From an uncultured Ventosimonas sp. (GTDB lineage Bacteria; Pseudomonadota; Gammaproteobacteria; Pseudomonadales; Pseudomonadaceae): a DNA stretch of 51,807 nt. Under the pieces are notes generated by a model. The model was not told the DNA's origin. It did not search any database and worked only from the letters and a program-made list of their open reading frames with translations. The stretch spans positions 1-51,807 of the forward strand of contig CAYNAM010000001.1 in the NCBI GenBank assembly GCA_964395065.1, in the 5' to 3' direction. The position numbers and the translations under genes were made by a program. Position 1 is the first letter of the stretch, and the number at the start of each line of letters is the position of its first letter. This document shows, one piece after another, positions 10,978 to 21,254 of this stretch.

Positions 10978-11868
10978 CTACCACCCTCTATCTTGCATAC
11001 GTTCTGCTTCTGAAAGCTTTGAAATTTCAATCCCTTTCATTGGCGTACCTAAGCCTTTAGATAATTCGGCTAACAATTTATAATCTTGAAAATTTGTGGT
11101 TGCTTGAACAATAGCTTTAGCAAATTTTTCAGGATTATCGGATTTAAAAATCCCAGATCCAACAAACACTCCATCAGCACCCAAGCTCATCATCAAAGCC
11201 GCATCTGCTGGTGTCGCAATACCACCTGCTGCAAAGTTCACAACGGGAAGCTTACCTAACACCTTCACTTCTTTCACTAACTCATAAGGCGCACCAATAT
11301 CTTTAGCAAAAGTCATTAGTTCATCATTACACATATTTACAAGCTTACGTACCTGTTCGTTCACTTTTCGCATATGCCTTACTGCCTCAACAATATTACC
11401 TGTTCCAGGTTCACCTTTTGTGCGTAGCATTGAAGCGCCCTCACCGATACGACGTAAGGCCTCACCGAGATCCCTACAACCACAAACAAAAGGAACGGTA
11501 TAATCACTCTTTAATAAGTGATATTGTTCATCAGCAGGTGTTAACACTTCACTTTCATCAATATAATCAACCCCCATCGCTTCTAAAATACGGGCTTCTG
11601 CAATATGACCAATACGAGCCTTTGCCATCACAGGAATAGTGACTGCTCCCATAACTTCTTCAACAATAGTAGGGTCTGCCATTCTTGCCACACCACCTGC
11701 TGCACGGATGTCTGAAGGAACACGCTCTAATGCCATCACCGCCACAGCACCTGCCGCCTCAGCAATCTTTGCCTGCTCTGCATTAATCACATCCATGATA
11801 ACACCACCCTTTTGCATTTGAGCCATGCCACGCTTTACTGTATCAGAACCAATTACTTTGTTTGTCAT
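10978..11868 (-). CDS. pdxS: PLP synthase lyase subunit
   Basis: [26 protein letters not shown] and C-terminal MQDRGW. Start reassigned to 11868. Confidence 0.98.
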   Translation of the reverse strand: MTNKVIGSDTVKRGMAQMQKGGVIMDVINAEQAKIAEAAGAVAVMALERVPSDIRAAGGVARMADPTIVEEVMGAVTIPVMAKARIGHIAEARILEAMGVDYIDESEVLTPADEQYHLLKSDYTVPFVCGCRDLGEALRRIGEGASMLRTKGEPGTGNIVEAVRHMRKVNEQVRKLVNMCNDELMTFAKDIGAPYELVKEVKVLGKLPVVNFAAGGIATPADAALMMSLGADGVFVGSGIFKSDNPEKFAKAIVQATTNFQDYKLLAELSKGLGTPMKGIEISKLSEAERMQDRGW

Positions 11869-11925
11869 TTTACTTATCCCATTAAAATATAGAGTATGCA
11901 AAAAGAATAACCCTTTTTTAAAAAT

Positions 11926-11975
11926 AAAAAACAGCCAATTGGCTTGTTTTTATACCATCCAATTTCCACTATAAT
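11926..11975. promoter_or_regulatory. candidate MocR operator and divergent promoter
   Basis: Near-palindrome AAAAACAGCCAATTGGCTTGTTTTT, a second CCAATT at 11959-11964 and TATAAT at 11970-11975. Confidence 0.5.
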
Positions 11976-12004
11976 GACTCATTCAACCTATAAAGCAATT
12001 GACT

Positions 12005-13426
12005 ATGTGGACACTCAATACCAACAACCTCAACAAGAAACCACTGTATAAACACATTATTACCTTAATTGAGCAGGCTATAGAAAATGGTCAGTTACAG
12101 GCAGGAGACCGCCTCCCCTCAGAAAGAGAGCTGAGCCAATTATTAAAAGTTAATCGCTCAACAGTTGTACATGCCTTAAATAATCTCACTGACAGAGGCG
12201 TTCTAATTCGTAAAACAGGCAGTGGTAGTTTTATTAATCATCAAAAATGGGGATTACAAAGCCAGCCTCTTATTAATTGGCAATCTCCTCCCAGTGTTTT
12301 ATCACAGAAAAGTGATAGCTATGCATTGAAAGCGAATCAGTTACGTAAAGAGGCTCAAATTACTCATAAACCATTACTGGACTTATCTAACGGTGACTTA
12401 CCTGCTGATTTACTGCCTGCATTATCATTACATAAACTGTCTTGGCAAGAGCTATTGCATCATGAGCAAGGTGAAGAGGCATCACATTTAGGGCTAAATT
12501 CATTAAGAAAAGCAGTTAAAGACTATTTAGCAAAATCACTTAAACTATCTGTAGACGATGACCAAATTCTTATTACATCAGGAACACAACAAGCCATTTT
12601 TCTCATTACCCAAGGACTACTAAAACCAGGGGATGCTATTGGCATAGAATCTCCCTCTTATTTTTACTCACTCCCATTATTTCAAGCGACAGGACTGCGA
12701 ATTTATGCAGCTCCAACCGATGCGGAGGGTATTACACTAGAGGGATTAGAAAAGCTCATCAATCAAAAAAATATAAAAATGATCTTCTTAAACCCTGTTT
12801 TTCAAAACCCAACAGGAAGGGTCATGAGTCAAACACGAAAACAAGAGCTACTCACTTACTGTTACTATAAACAAATCCCAATCATTGAGGATGATGCTTA
12901 TAGCGCCCTTCCTTTCCAAAAAAATATTGATACAAGTCCTATAAAAAAATTCGATAAACAGCAACAGGTTATTTACTTAGGTTCCCTTTCTAAATACTTA
13001 GGGAAAAATATTCGTGCAGGTTGGATGATCGCGCCCAAACCTATCATTAATAAGCTAGCAGAAATTCGCCAACAACTCGATGCTGGGCTTAGCGTTCTAC
13101 CACAACTATTAGCAGAACATTATTTAATTAACCATGCAACAACACATGAGCAGTTTTTGCAAGAAACATTGCATGAACGCTCAGAACAACTCACAGCATG
13201 GTTAACAGAAAATTACAGTCAACAGTTGTATTTTTCGAAGCCATTGGGCGGTTATCACCTCTATGCACGATGCTTACAACACACCCCCAAAGATCTTAAC
13301 CACTTATTAGAGCATCTTTTACAACAACGTATTATTGTGATGAGAGGTTCAGAGTTTGGTGATAGCCCCTATTGTTTAAGGCTAAGCTATGGTCACTTTA
13401 ACATGGCAAGCAACCTCAAAAGGTGA
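12005..13426 (+). CDS. MocR/GabR-family regulator (GntR HTH plus PLP-dependent aminotransferase fold), probable PdxR
   Basis: LPSERELS..LKVNRSTV HTH, EDDAY, GSLSK PLP lysine; divergent from pdxST. Start could be TTG 11999. Confidence 0.88.
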   Translation: MWTLNTNNLNKKPLYKHIITLIEQAIENGQLQAGDRLPSERELSQLLKVNRSTVVHALNNLTDRGVLIRKTGSGSFINHQKWGLQSQPLINWQSPPSVLSQKSDSYALKANQLRKEAQITHKPLLDLSNGDLPADLLPALSLHKLSWQELLHHEQGEEASHLGLNSLRKAVKDYLAKSLKLSVDDDQILITSGTQQAIFLITQGLLKPGDAIGIESPSYFYSLPLFQATGLRIYAAPTDAEGITLEGLEKLINQKNIKMIFLNPVFQNPTGRVMSQTRKQELLTYCYYKQIPIIEDDAYSALPFQKNIDTSPIKKFDKQQQVIYLGSLSKYLGKNIRAGWMIAPKPIINKLAEIRQQLDAGLSVLPQLLAEHYLINHATTHEQFLQETLHERSEQLTAWLTENYSQQLYFSKPLGGYHLYARCLQHTPKDLNHLLEHLLQQRIIVMRGSEFGDSPYCLRLSYGHFNMASNLKR

Positions 13427-13459
13427 TTTAATATAGCCAAATTTAAATCAATACGAAGG

Positions 13460-14332
13460 ATGCCGAGTATGCTACAAAGTATGACCGCTTTTGCTCGTTG
13501 TGAACTATCAATAGATGAAGGCATTTTATGCTGGGAAATACGCTCAGTCAATCATCGCTACTTAGAACACAATTTTAAGCTACCAGAAACATTTCGTGCT
13601 TTAGAATGGTCTTTACGTGACAAGATAAAAAAAGAACTCTCTCGTGGTAAAGTAGAATGCACGCTTACCTTTTCTCCTCAAATAAAAAACAACCCTATTC
13701 AAATTAACTTAGAACTCTCGAAACAGCTTATTCAAGCGGCTGAGCAGATTTCTGAACTAACCATAAATCCCACGCCTATCAACCCATTCACTGTTTTATC
13801 TTGGTCTGGCGTATTGATAACAGACCAAATAAATCATGAACTACTGCAAGAAAAAGCACTTGCTCTTTTTGCACAAGCATTGCAAGAACTCAAACAAAAT
13901 CGTAATCGTGAAGGCAAAGAGCTACAGATACTCTTAGAAGAGCGACTTGTTAGTATTGATATGGAAGTCAACAAACTACGTCCACTCATTCCTGAGATGC
14001 TAGATAACCAACGCCAAAAGATTATCACACGCTGCCAAGAGTTAGCTGTCAGCATAGACCCACAGCGCTTAGAACAAGAACTCGTATTACTGGCACAAAA
14101 GTCTGATGTCGCTGAAGAGCTAGACCGCTTACAAACCCATTTAACGGAAGTGCGCCACACCTTCGCTAGTAAAGAACCCTGTGGACGTCGTCTCGACTTC
14201 TTAATGCAAGAACTAAATCGGGAGGCCAACACCCTCGGCTCAAAAGCCATTGATGTACGCACAACACAAGCCGCCGTGAACATTAAAGTACTGATTGAGC
14301 AAATGCGTGAACAAGTACAGAATATAGAATAA
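13460..14332 (+). CDS. yicC: YicC/YloC family endoribonuclease
   Basis: SMTAF, EIRSVNHRY, GRRLDFLMQELNREANTLGSK and REQVQNIE motifs. Confidence 0.96.
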   Translation: MPSMLQSMTAFARCELSIDEGILCWEIRSVNHRYLEHNFKLPETFRALEWSLRDKIKKELSRGKVECTLTFSPQIKNNPIQINLELSKQLIQAAEQISELTINPTPINPFTVLSWSGVLITDQINHELLQEKALALFAQALQELKQNRNREGKELQILLEERLVSIDMEVNKLRPLIPEMLDNQRQKIITRCQELAVSIDPQRLEQELVLLAQKSDVAEELDRLQTHLTEVRHTFASKEPCGRRLDFLMQELNREANTLGSKAIDVRTTQAAVNIKVLIEQMREQVQNIE

Positions 14333-14362
14333 CAACCTTTTAGCAGTAAAGAATACATCATC

Positions 14363-17300
14363 ATGAGTCAACCTGTTAGCAATTTCGAGTTTTTAAAAGA
14401 ACATGACCCCATTTTCTTTGAATTAGCAAGGTCTGCAGAGCAGGTTTTTGCAAGTGATCCAAACACAACACTCATAAAGCTTCGCCAACTAGGTGAAGCC
14501 TTTGCTCAAGATATTGCTGCACGTTGTGGTATTGCATTCGATGATCTAACACCACAAGCTGACTTAATTCATCAAATTGACCGTGAACTGCGGCTAGATC
14601 CAACCATCCGCAATCTCTTTCATACAATTCGGGTAGAAGGAAATAAAGCAACTCACGAATTTAAAACAGAACATAAAGAAGCACTTAATGGTCTTAAGCT
14701 AGCGAGAAGCCTTGCCATTTGGTATCACCAGTCTTTTGGTAAAACAGGCATAGCCTTTAATCCTGGTTCTTTTATTACCCCACCAGATCCTAGTCAAAAA
14801 TTACGCGAATTACAAAATAAAATTAGCCAACTTACTGCCAAAAAAGAAAAATTTGAGGATAATCAACAATTAGTTGACCTCTTAAAAAAAGAAAAAAAAG
14901 AATATGCAGAACTCGCAGAAAAAATGGACAAAGAGGCTCAAATACTTGCAGAACAGTTAAAAAAACAGGAAAGCACCTTAAAAAAGCAACGTGAGTCGTT
15001 TGAAACACATATCAAACTTTTACAATTAGAGCTAACCGAACACGCTAAAAATAGCCCTCAAAAATCATCACAACATCAGCTAATCCTCAGTGAAAAAGTT
15101 AAAGAAGCCAACAAGCAAATTTTCCTAACAGAAGAATTAGTAAGGTTAATAATAGACCAACAGCTTGTTGATGCAGGTTGGATGGCTGACTCTTTAGAAC
15201 TAACGTGGGATAATGGCACATTGCCCGAAGATGGACAATACAAAGCTATTGCTAACTATCCTATTTTTTATCAAGGTAATGCTTTTTATGCTGACTATAT
15301 TTTATTCTATGGACTAACGCCCATCGCTATAATTGAAGCAAAATGTGAAAACATCAACGTTGCTGAAAAAATACGCCAAGCAAAGGCTTATGCCGAAGGC
15401 TTTAAAATAGAGCCGCTAATGCAAGCACCCTGGCTTCTCATGAACCGCACCAAACCTTGGTACTATCATAATACGTCTTACAATATTCCATTTGTTTATT
15501 CAAGCAACGGACGCCCTTATAATAGCCAACTGGAAGAAAAATCTGGCACATGGTTTAGAGACCTCAGAAAACCAAGTAATTTATCAGTTGCTTTACAGCA
15601 GTTTCACTCTCCCGAAGGTCTATACAATAAACTCACTCATAATAAAACACCTGCTGAGCAAGCTCTACAATTAGAAAACCTCTCCGAGCTTTTTTTAAGA
15701 GACTACCAAGAGCTTGCAGTTTCAGCCATTGAGGAAGCACTAGTCAATAATAAAAAGACCTGCTTAGTTGCTATGGCAACGGGTACGGGTAAAACTTTTG
15801 TCATTAATGCGCTTATCTACCGTTTCTTAAAAACTAAACGTTTTAATCGAATTCTTATTCTTGTTGACCATACAGCATTGGGTTTACAAACAGAAGACTT
15901 ACTCATAAAAGCACCACAAGATCAGCAAACCATATTGGCTAGCCTTTATAAGCTTGACATGCTAAAACATCAACTTGATAACATAGAAAAACATGTACAA
16001 TTAGCTACTGTACAACAGATGATAAAAATAATTTTTGCTTCAGATAATCCGCCTCCCATTGATTATTTTGACTGTATCATTGTTGATGAAGCCCATAGTG
16101 GTTATGCCCTCGAACAAGAATTTATTGAAGGCGAATTAGCAACGCGCAGCTCCCAACAGTATTTGAAAGAATATCAACAATTACTTCACTATTTTGATGC
16201 TTTCAAAATTGGGCTCACTGCAACACCTGTAAAAAGAACCACCGACTTTTTTAACCCACCAGTCTATCAATATAGCTTTCGAGAAGCAGTTGCTGACGGT
16301 TATTTAGTAGACTATGAACCTCCAATTATTTATAAAACAAAACTGACAGAACAACCACTGTGTTTTCATAAAGGGTCAACCATCCAAATTATAAATGCTC
16401 TTACAGGTGATATAGAAAAAATAACACTAGAGGATGATCTAATCACAGAGGCTAACGCACTCAATCGATCTGTTCTCAACAAACCTTTTAATGAGGTAAT
16501 CTGCCAACAGCTTATCCATGAACTAAATCCTTTTGGTCAAGAAAAAACATTGATCTTTTGTGCCTCAGATCTTCATGCAGACATGGTCAAAAACTTACTC
16601 GACAATGCATTCATCAGTCTTTATGGTAGCAGTTATGATCAATCATCCGTTGCAAAAATAACTGCCAGCAGCTATAACCCCGAAGAACTCATTACACGAT
16701 TTAAAACAGAACAACTCCCAAATATTGCAGTCACTGTCGACTTACTGGCTACAGCAGTGAATACTCCACAAGTATGTAATCTCGTGTTCTTACGCGCCAT
16801 CAACTCACGTATTTTACTAGAACAAATGCTTGCCCGTGCGAGCTTACCTTGCGAAAATATTCAAAAAACCAGTTTCCGTGTCTACGATGCATTTAATATT
16901 CAGCATTTGCTAGCAAATATCACCCATATGCGACCTATGCCGGCGCTTGAACTTCCGCTAACAGCTCTCCTGCAGCAGTTTACTGATAACCGCCAGCCTA
17001 GCAATGAACAGCTACAGCATATTTTAATGCAGTGTATACCTATTTTACGTAGAGCAAACTATCAGGCGCAACAAGACGCCCTTATGAAAGCAAACCTTGA
17101 TATGCTCACCAGTGCTTGGGGCGTTGCCCCTCAAAATCTCGCTACTTACTTACAAAGCATCGGCACAAAAAAAGCAGCTGATTTTCTAAAAAACAGAAAA
17201 ACCTTTATTCAAGATATACAAACAATAAAGCAACAACTTGATATTTCACGTTACCAAATTATTTCGGATGAGCCAGATCAACTCACTCACCGACTATTAT

Positions 17301-17953
17301 GTTATGGCAACCACTCCAAACCACATGACTTTATAGCGGCATGTAAGAACTTTATAGCAGATCAACGGCAGCACTCAAAATCACTTAATAAAGCCCTTGA
17401 GAACCCCAATCGAATAACCAAATCTGAATTAAAAGAAATCAGACTTTTACTCGACAGTGAGGGCTTTACTGAACTCAACCTACAAGTTGCATGGCGTGAT
17501 ATTAACCACAAAGTGGTTAACGCAGGTTTAGTTGGTTTTATCCGTCATATCATCCTTGATGAGCCACTAATTTCTTTTGCAGATAGAGTCAACCAACCAT
17601 TACAAAAAGCCCAAGCCTTGAGTCCATGGACCCCGGTACAACGACAATGGTTAGACCGCATAGCGGAGCATCTTATAGAGCAAAAAATACTCGATAAAAA
17701 ACAACTGAATAAGGCATTAAAACAGCACTATAGCAGCTCAATTGAAAAACTAGACTCTCTATTAAACAATCAGCTCAATGATGTTATAAGCATCCTTAAA
17801 ATTCTTTGGCCTGACAATATTGTGACTCAACAACAAGAATCAGAAACACCAGAGCTTAAAGAGATTATAAAAGAGCACCCCATCAGCACAGAACCTATTC
17901 CACCCAAAAAAATTGGATTTTTTCAAAGAATCAGAAAACTACTTAAAACCTAA
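14363..17953 (+). CDS. hsdR: type I restriction subunit R (EcoKI HsdR-like), orphan, motor motifs partly degenerate
   Basis: SNFEFL/DUF4145-like N-terminus, ADY..IEAK..QAKAY nuclease motif, MATGTGKT, DEAH, LTATP. No hsdM or hsdS adjacent. Confidence 0.88.
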   Translation: MSQPVSNFEFLKEHDPIFFELARSAEQVFASDPNTTLIKLRQLGEAFAQDIAARCGIAFDDLTPQADLIHQIDRELRLDPTIRNLFHTIRVEGNKATHEFKTEHKEALNGLKLARSLAIWYHQSFGKTGIAFNPGSFITPPDPSQKLRELQNKISQLTAKKEKFEDNQQLVDLLKKEKKEYAELAEKMDKEAQILAEQLKKQESTLKKQRESFETHIKLLQLELTEHAKNSPQKSSQHQLILSEKVKEANKQIFLTEELVRLIIDQQLVDAGWMADSLELTWDNGTLPEDGQYKAIANYPIFYQGNAFYADYILFYGLTPIAIIEAKCENINVAEKIRQAKAYAEGFKIEPLMQAPWLLMNRTKPWYYHNTSYNIPFVYSSNGRPYNSQLEEKSGTWFRDLRKPSNLSVALQQFHSPEGLYNKLTHNKTPAEQALQLENLSELFLRDYQELAVSAIEEALVNNKKTCLVAMATGTGKTFVINALIYRFLKTKRFNRILILVDHTALGLQTEDLLIKAPQDQQTILASLYKLDMLKHQLDNIEKHVQLATVQQMIKIIFASDNPPPIDYFDCIIVDEAHSGYALEQEFIEGELATRSSQQYLKEYQQLLHYFDAFKIGLTATPVKRTTDFFNPPVYQYSFREAVADGYLVDYEPPIIYKTKLTEQPLCFHKGSTIQIINALTGDIEKITLEDDLITEANALNRSVLNKPFNEVICQQLIHELNPFGQEKTLIFCASDLHADMVKNLLDNAFISLYGSSYDQSSVAKITASSYNPEELITRFKTEQLPNIAVTVDLLATAVNTPQVCNLVFLRAINSRILLEQMLARASLPCENIQKTSFRVYDAFNIQHLLANITHMRPMPALELPLTALLQQFTDNRQPSNEQLQHILMQCIPILRRANYQAQQDALMKANLDMLTSAWGVAPQNLATYLQSIGTKKAADFLKNRKTFIQDIQTIKQQLDISRYQIISDEPDQLTHRLLCYGNHSKPHDFIAACKNFIADQRQHSKSLNKALENPNRITKSELKEIRLLLDSEGFTELNLQVAWRDINHKVVNAGLVGFIRHIILDEPLISFADRVNQPLQKAQALSPWTPVQRQWLDRIAEHLIEQKILDKKQLNKALKQHYSSSIEKLDSLLNNQLNDVISILKILWPDNIVTQQQESETPELKEIIKEHPISTEPIPPKKIGFFQRIRKLLKT

Positions 17954-18062
17954 TCCATGAGCTAAAACCTCTTTATAACAAGGCGGTTAATAACGTAAAG
18001 TGATTACCCATCTCACATAAGATCAATCAATGCTATAATGGTAAGACATAATAAAACCATAA

Positions 18063-19004
<942 letters not shown>

Positions 19005-19018
19005 GAGCAAGACAATTT

Positions 19019-19840
19019 ATGGATCAATATGCAGTCTTTGGTAATCCTATTGCACACAGTAAATCACCTATCATTCATCGCCTGTTTGCCCAGCAAACAA
19101 GCCAAAAAATAAGCTATGATCCAAAACTCATACCTATAGGACAATTTACTGAAGTCGCCAATAAATTCTTTGAAAAAGCTCTTGGCTGTAATATCACCGT
19201 ACCTTTCAAAGAAGATGCGTTTCAATTTGCTAATGAACTAACGCCTAGAGCACAGTTAGCTGGGGCTGTAAACACACTAAAAAGACTCCCGAATGGCACT
19301 ATTTTAGGGGATAATACGGATGGTATCGGACTGGTTCGCGATTTAAAAAATGCTAAGATTTCACTAAAAAATCAACGTATTCTCTTATTGGGAGCAGGCG
19401 GAGCATCCAGAGGCGTTATTGAGCCGCTATTAAATGAACAACCACAACAATTGATTATTACTAATCGAACCCATGAAAAAGCACAACATCTTGTAGAGCT
19501 CACCAAGCACTTAGGGCCTATAATGAGTGAACGTTACGAAAACTTGAATGACCCTGTTGATCTAATCATTAATGCAACGTCTGCTAGCTTAAGCAGTGCG
19601 TTACCTAACATCAGCAAATATACCATTAAGCCTCAAAAAACTATTTGCTATGATATGATGTATAGTAGAGAGCTGACAGTTTTTTGTCAGTGGGCCAAAC
19701 AACACGGTGCGGCAAAAACAATAGATGGCCTAGGTATGTTAGTTGAACAAGCCGCTGAATCATTCTATTTATGGCGTGGTGTACTGCCTAAAACCGATGC
19801 AGTACTTCGCTTTTTACGCCAACACATAACGATTAATTAA
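19019..19840 (+). CDS. aroE: shikimate dehydrogenase
   Basis: [27 protein letters not shown] and GAGGA motifs. Confidence 0.97.
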   Translation: MDQYAVFGNPIAHSKSPIIHRLFAQQTSQKISYDPKLIPIGQFTEVANKFFEKALGCNITVPFKEDAFQFANELTPRAQLAGAVNTLKRLPNGTILGDNTDGIGLVRDLKNAKISLKNQRILLLGAGGASRGVIEPLLNEQPQQLIITNRTHEKAQHLVELTKHLGPIMSERYENLNDPVDLIINATSASLSSALPNISKYTIKPQKTICYDMMYSRELTVFCQWAKQHGAAKTIDGLGMLVEQAAESFYLWRGVLPKTDAVLRFLRQHITIN

Positions 19841-19845
19841 CAGAT

Positions 19846-19968
19846 AAAAAAATACCCAGCAAATTGCTGGGTAAAAAACCGTGATTAGCCTGATGAGACG
19901 ACAAACTAAATAATCTAATAAACCACAACTAGACTCTCTAACCTGCCAGTTGATCTATCGATCAACTT
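19846..19968 (-). ncRNA. prrF: PrrF-like iron-sparing sRNA, copy 1
   Basis: Minus strand has a 5' hairpin GTTGATCGATAGATCAAC, the PrrF core CTCATCAGGCTAATCACGGTTTTT and a terminator ACCCAGCAATTTGCTGGGT followed by a U tract. 5' end inferred from promoter spacing. Confidence 0.9.
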
Positions 19969-19974
19969 GGGTAC

Positions 19975-20003
19975 ATATTAACGATAATGATTATCATTTG
20001 CAA
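19975..20003 (-). promoter_or_regulatory. sigma70 promoter with Fur box, copy 1
   Basis: -35 TTGCAA, 17-bp spacer, -10 TAATAT; the spacer holds GATAATGATTATCATT, close to the Fur consensus. Confidence 0.9.
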
Positions 20004-20331
20004 TCATTATTTCTACATTTATTCCTATCAATATTTAACTACTAATTAATATTTTCTATAAGCTATCAGATTATATTCCATGCTCTCACTAGAAGTACCA
20101 ATAAAATTAATCTCTTATTATTTTTAAATGGATATAAAGATTTTATTCGCTAACATTATTTCAAAAAGATTTTTTCAGCTTTACTAAATAGCGGTTTAAT
20201 TACATATTGCGTTATAAAATGATCACGCAATGCTGCTAATATGATTAGTATTGCTGATTATAATGATCTCTGTCGCAATCCAAAATGGTTACACTAATAT
20301 AATAATATTAATAAATAAAGAGGTCTATGCA

Positions 20332-20883
20332 TTGACAAGAGCAACAACTAAATCTGATTTGATAGATACTGCCAATGGAGAATTTACTAAACTATTGGCA
20401 TTAATAAGTACTATGTCTGAAGAAGAACAAAACGCAACGTTTAACTTCGATAATAACTTTCTTGAAAAACACAAAGAAGCACATTGGGTGCGAGATAAAA
20501 ACCTACGTGATGTATTAATTCATCTATATGAGTGGCATAGATTATTATTGAATTGGATTACTGCCAATCAGAATGGGGAATTAAAACCATTCATACCCAC
20601 TCCGTATAATTGGAAAACATACGGACAACTGAATGTTGATTTTTGGTTGTGTCATCAAAAAACATTGTATCAGAAGTCGAAAGATATGCTAAAACAAAGC
20701 CATTTTGATGTTATAACTCTCATCAATACATTCTCAGACAGTGAATTATTTACAAAAAAACATTTCTCATGGACAGGTACGTCCGCTTTGGGAAGTTATT
20801 GCGTATCAGCAACATCAAGTCATTACAATTGGGCAATAAAAAAAATAAAAATTCACAGGAAACTTTGCCAAGGAACAAAGTAG
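20332..20883 (+). CDS. ClbS/DfsB family four-helix-bundle protein (DUF1706, DinB-like)
   Basis: (M)TRATTK, DKNLRDVLIHLYEWH, PYNWKTYG, ELF and SHYNWAIKKI. TTG start 7 nt after AAGAGGT. Confidence 0.8.
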   Translation: MTRATTKSDLIDTANGEFTKLLALISTMSEEEQNATFNFDNNFLEKHKEAHWVRDKNLRDVLIHLYEWHRLLLNWITANQNGELKPFIPTPYNWKTYGQLNVDFWLCHQKTLYQKSKDMLKQSHFDVITLINTFSDSELFTKKHFSWTGTSALGSYCVSATSSHYNWAIKKIKIHRKLCQGTK

Positions 20884-21088
20884 ACACTACAATTTTCACT
20901 TTATTGCGGATATACGTTATTAAAATTAGATTTTGTCTATGGTAATCCCTCCATAAAAATGAAGATATTCATCAGTAAAGTTTTTCTCATCATTTAAATT
21001 ATTATTTGAATTAGTTAAGATCTAATCGTAGTGCAATGGTCGATCCTTTTAACTAGAATATACATTAATGTTTTATTTATTAACTGAC

Positions 21089-21211
21089 AAAAAAATACCC
21101 AGCAAATTGCTGGGTAAAAAACCGTGATTAGCCTGATGAGACGACAAACTAAATAATCTAATAAACCACAACTAGACTCTCTAACCTGCCAGTTGATCTA
21201 TCGATCAACTT
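21089..21211 (-). ncRNA. prrF: PrrF-like iron-sparing sRNA, copy 2
   Basis: Same sequence as copy 1. Confidence 0.9.
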
Positions 21212-21217
21212 GGGTAC

Positions 21218-21246
21218 ATATTAACGATAATGATTATCATTTGCAA
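21218..21246 (-). promoter_or_regulatory. sigma70 promoter with Fur box, copy 2
   Basis: Same -35, Fur box and -10 arrangement as copy 1. Confidence 0.9.
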
Positions 21247-21254
21247 TTATTATT

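Larger units (their letters stand above)
19846..20004. repeat. 159-bp direct repeat, copy 1
   Basis: Identical by eye to 21089-21247 (offset 1243 bp), with short imperfect extensions on both sides. Confidence 0.95.
21089..21247. repeat. 159-bp direct repeat, copy 2
   Basis: Identical by eye to 19846-20004. Confidence 0.95.

Noticed and set aside
13834-14364. 176-aa minus-strand ORF
   Set aside because: Antisense shadow of the conserved yicC C-terminus.
19950-19965. TTGAT-N6-ATCAA as an FNR site
   Set aside because: Wrong spacing; it is better explained as the 5' hairpin of the PrrF-like RNA.
20937-20993. Tiny minus-strand ORF MMRKTLLMNIFIFMEGLP
   Set aside because: 18 codons, no clear RBS; expected by chance in AT-rich DNA.
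19846-21247. Direct repeats as a CRISPR array or IS ends
   Set aside because: Only two long copies, no spacers, cas genes, transposase or terminal inverted repeats.
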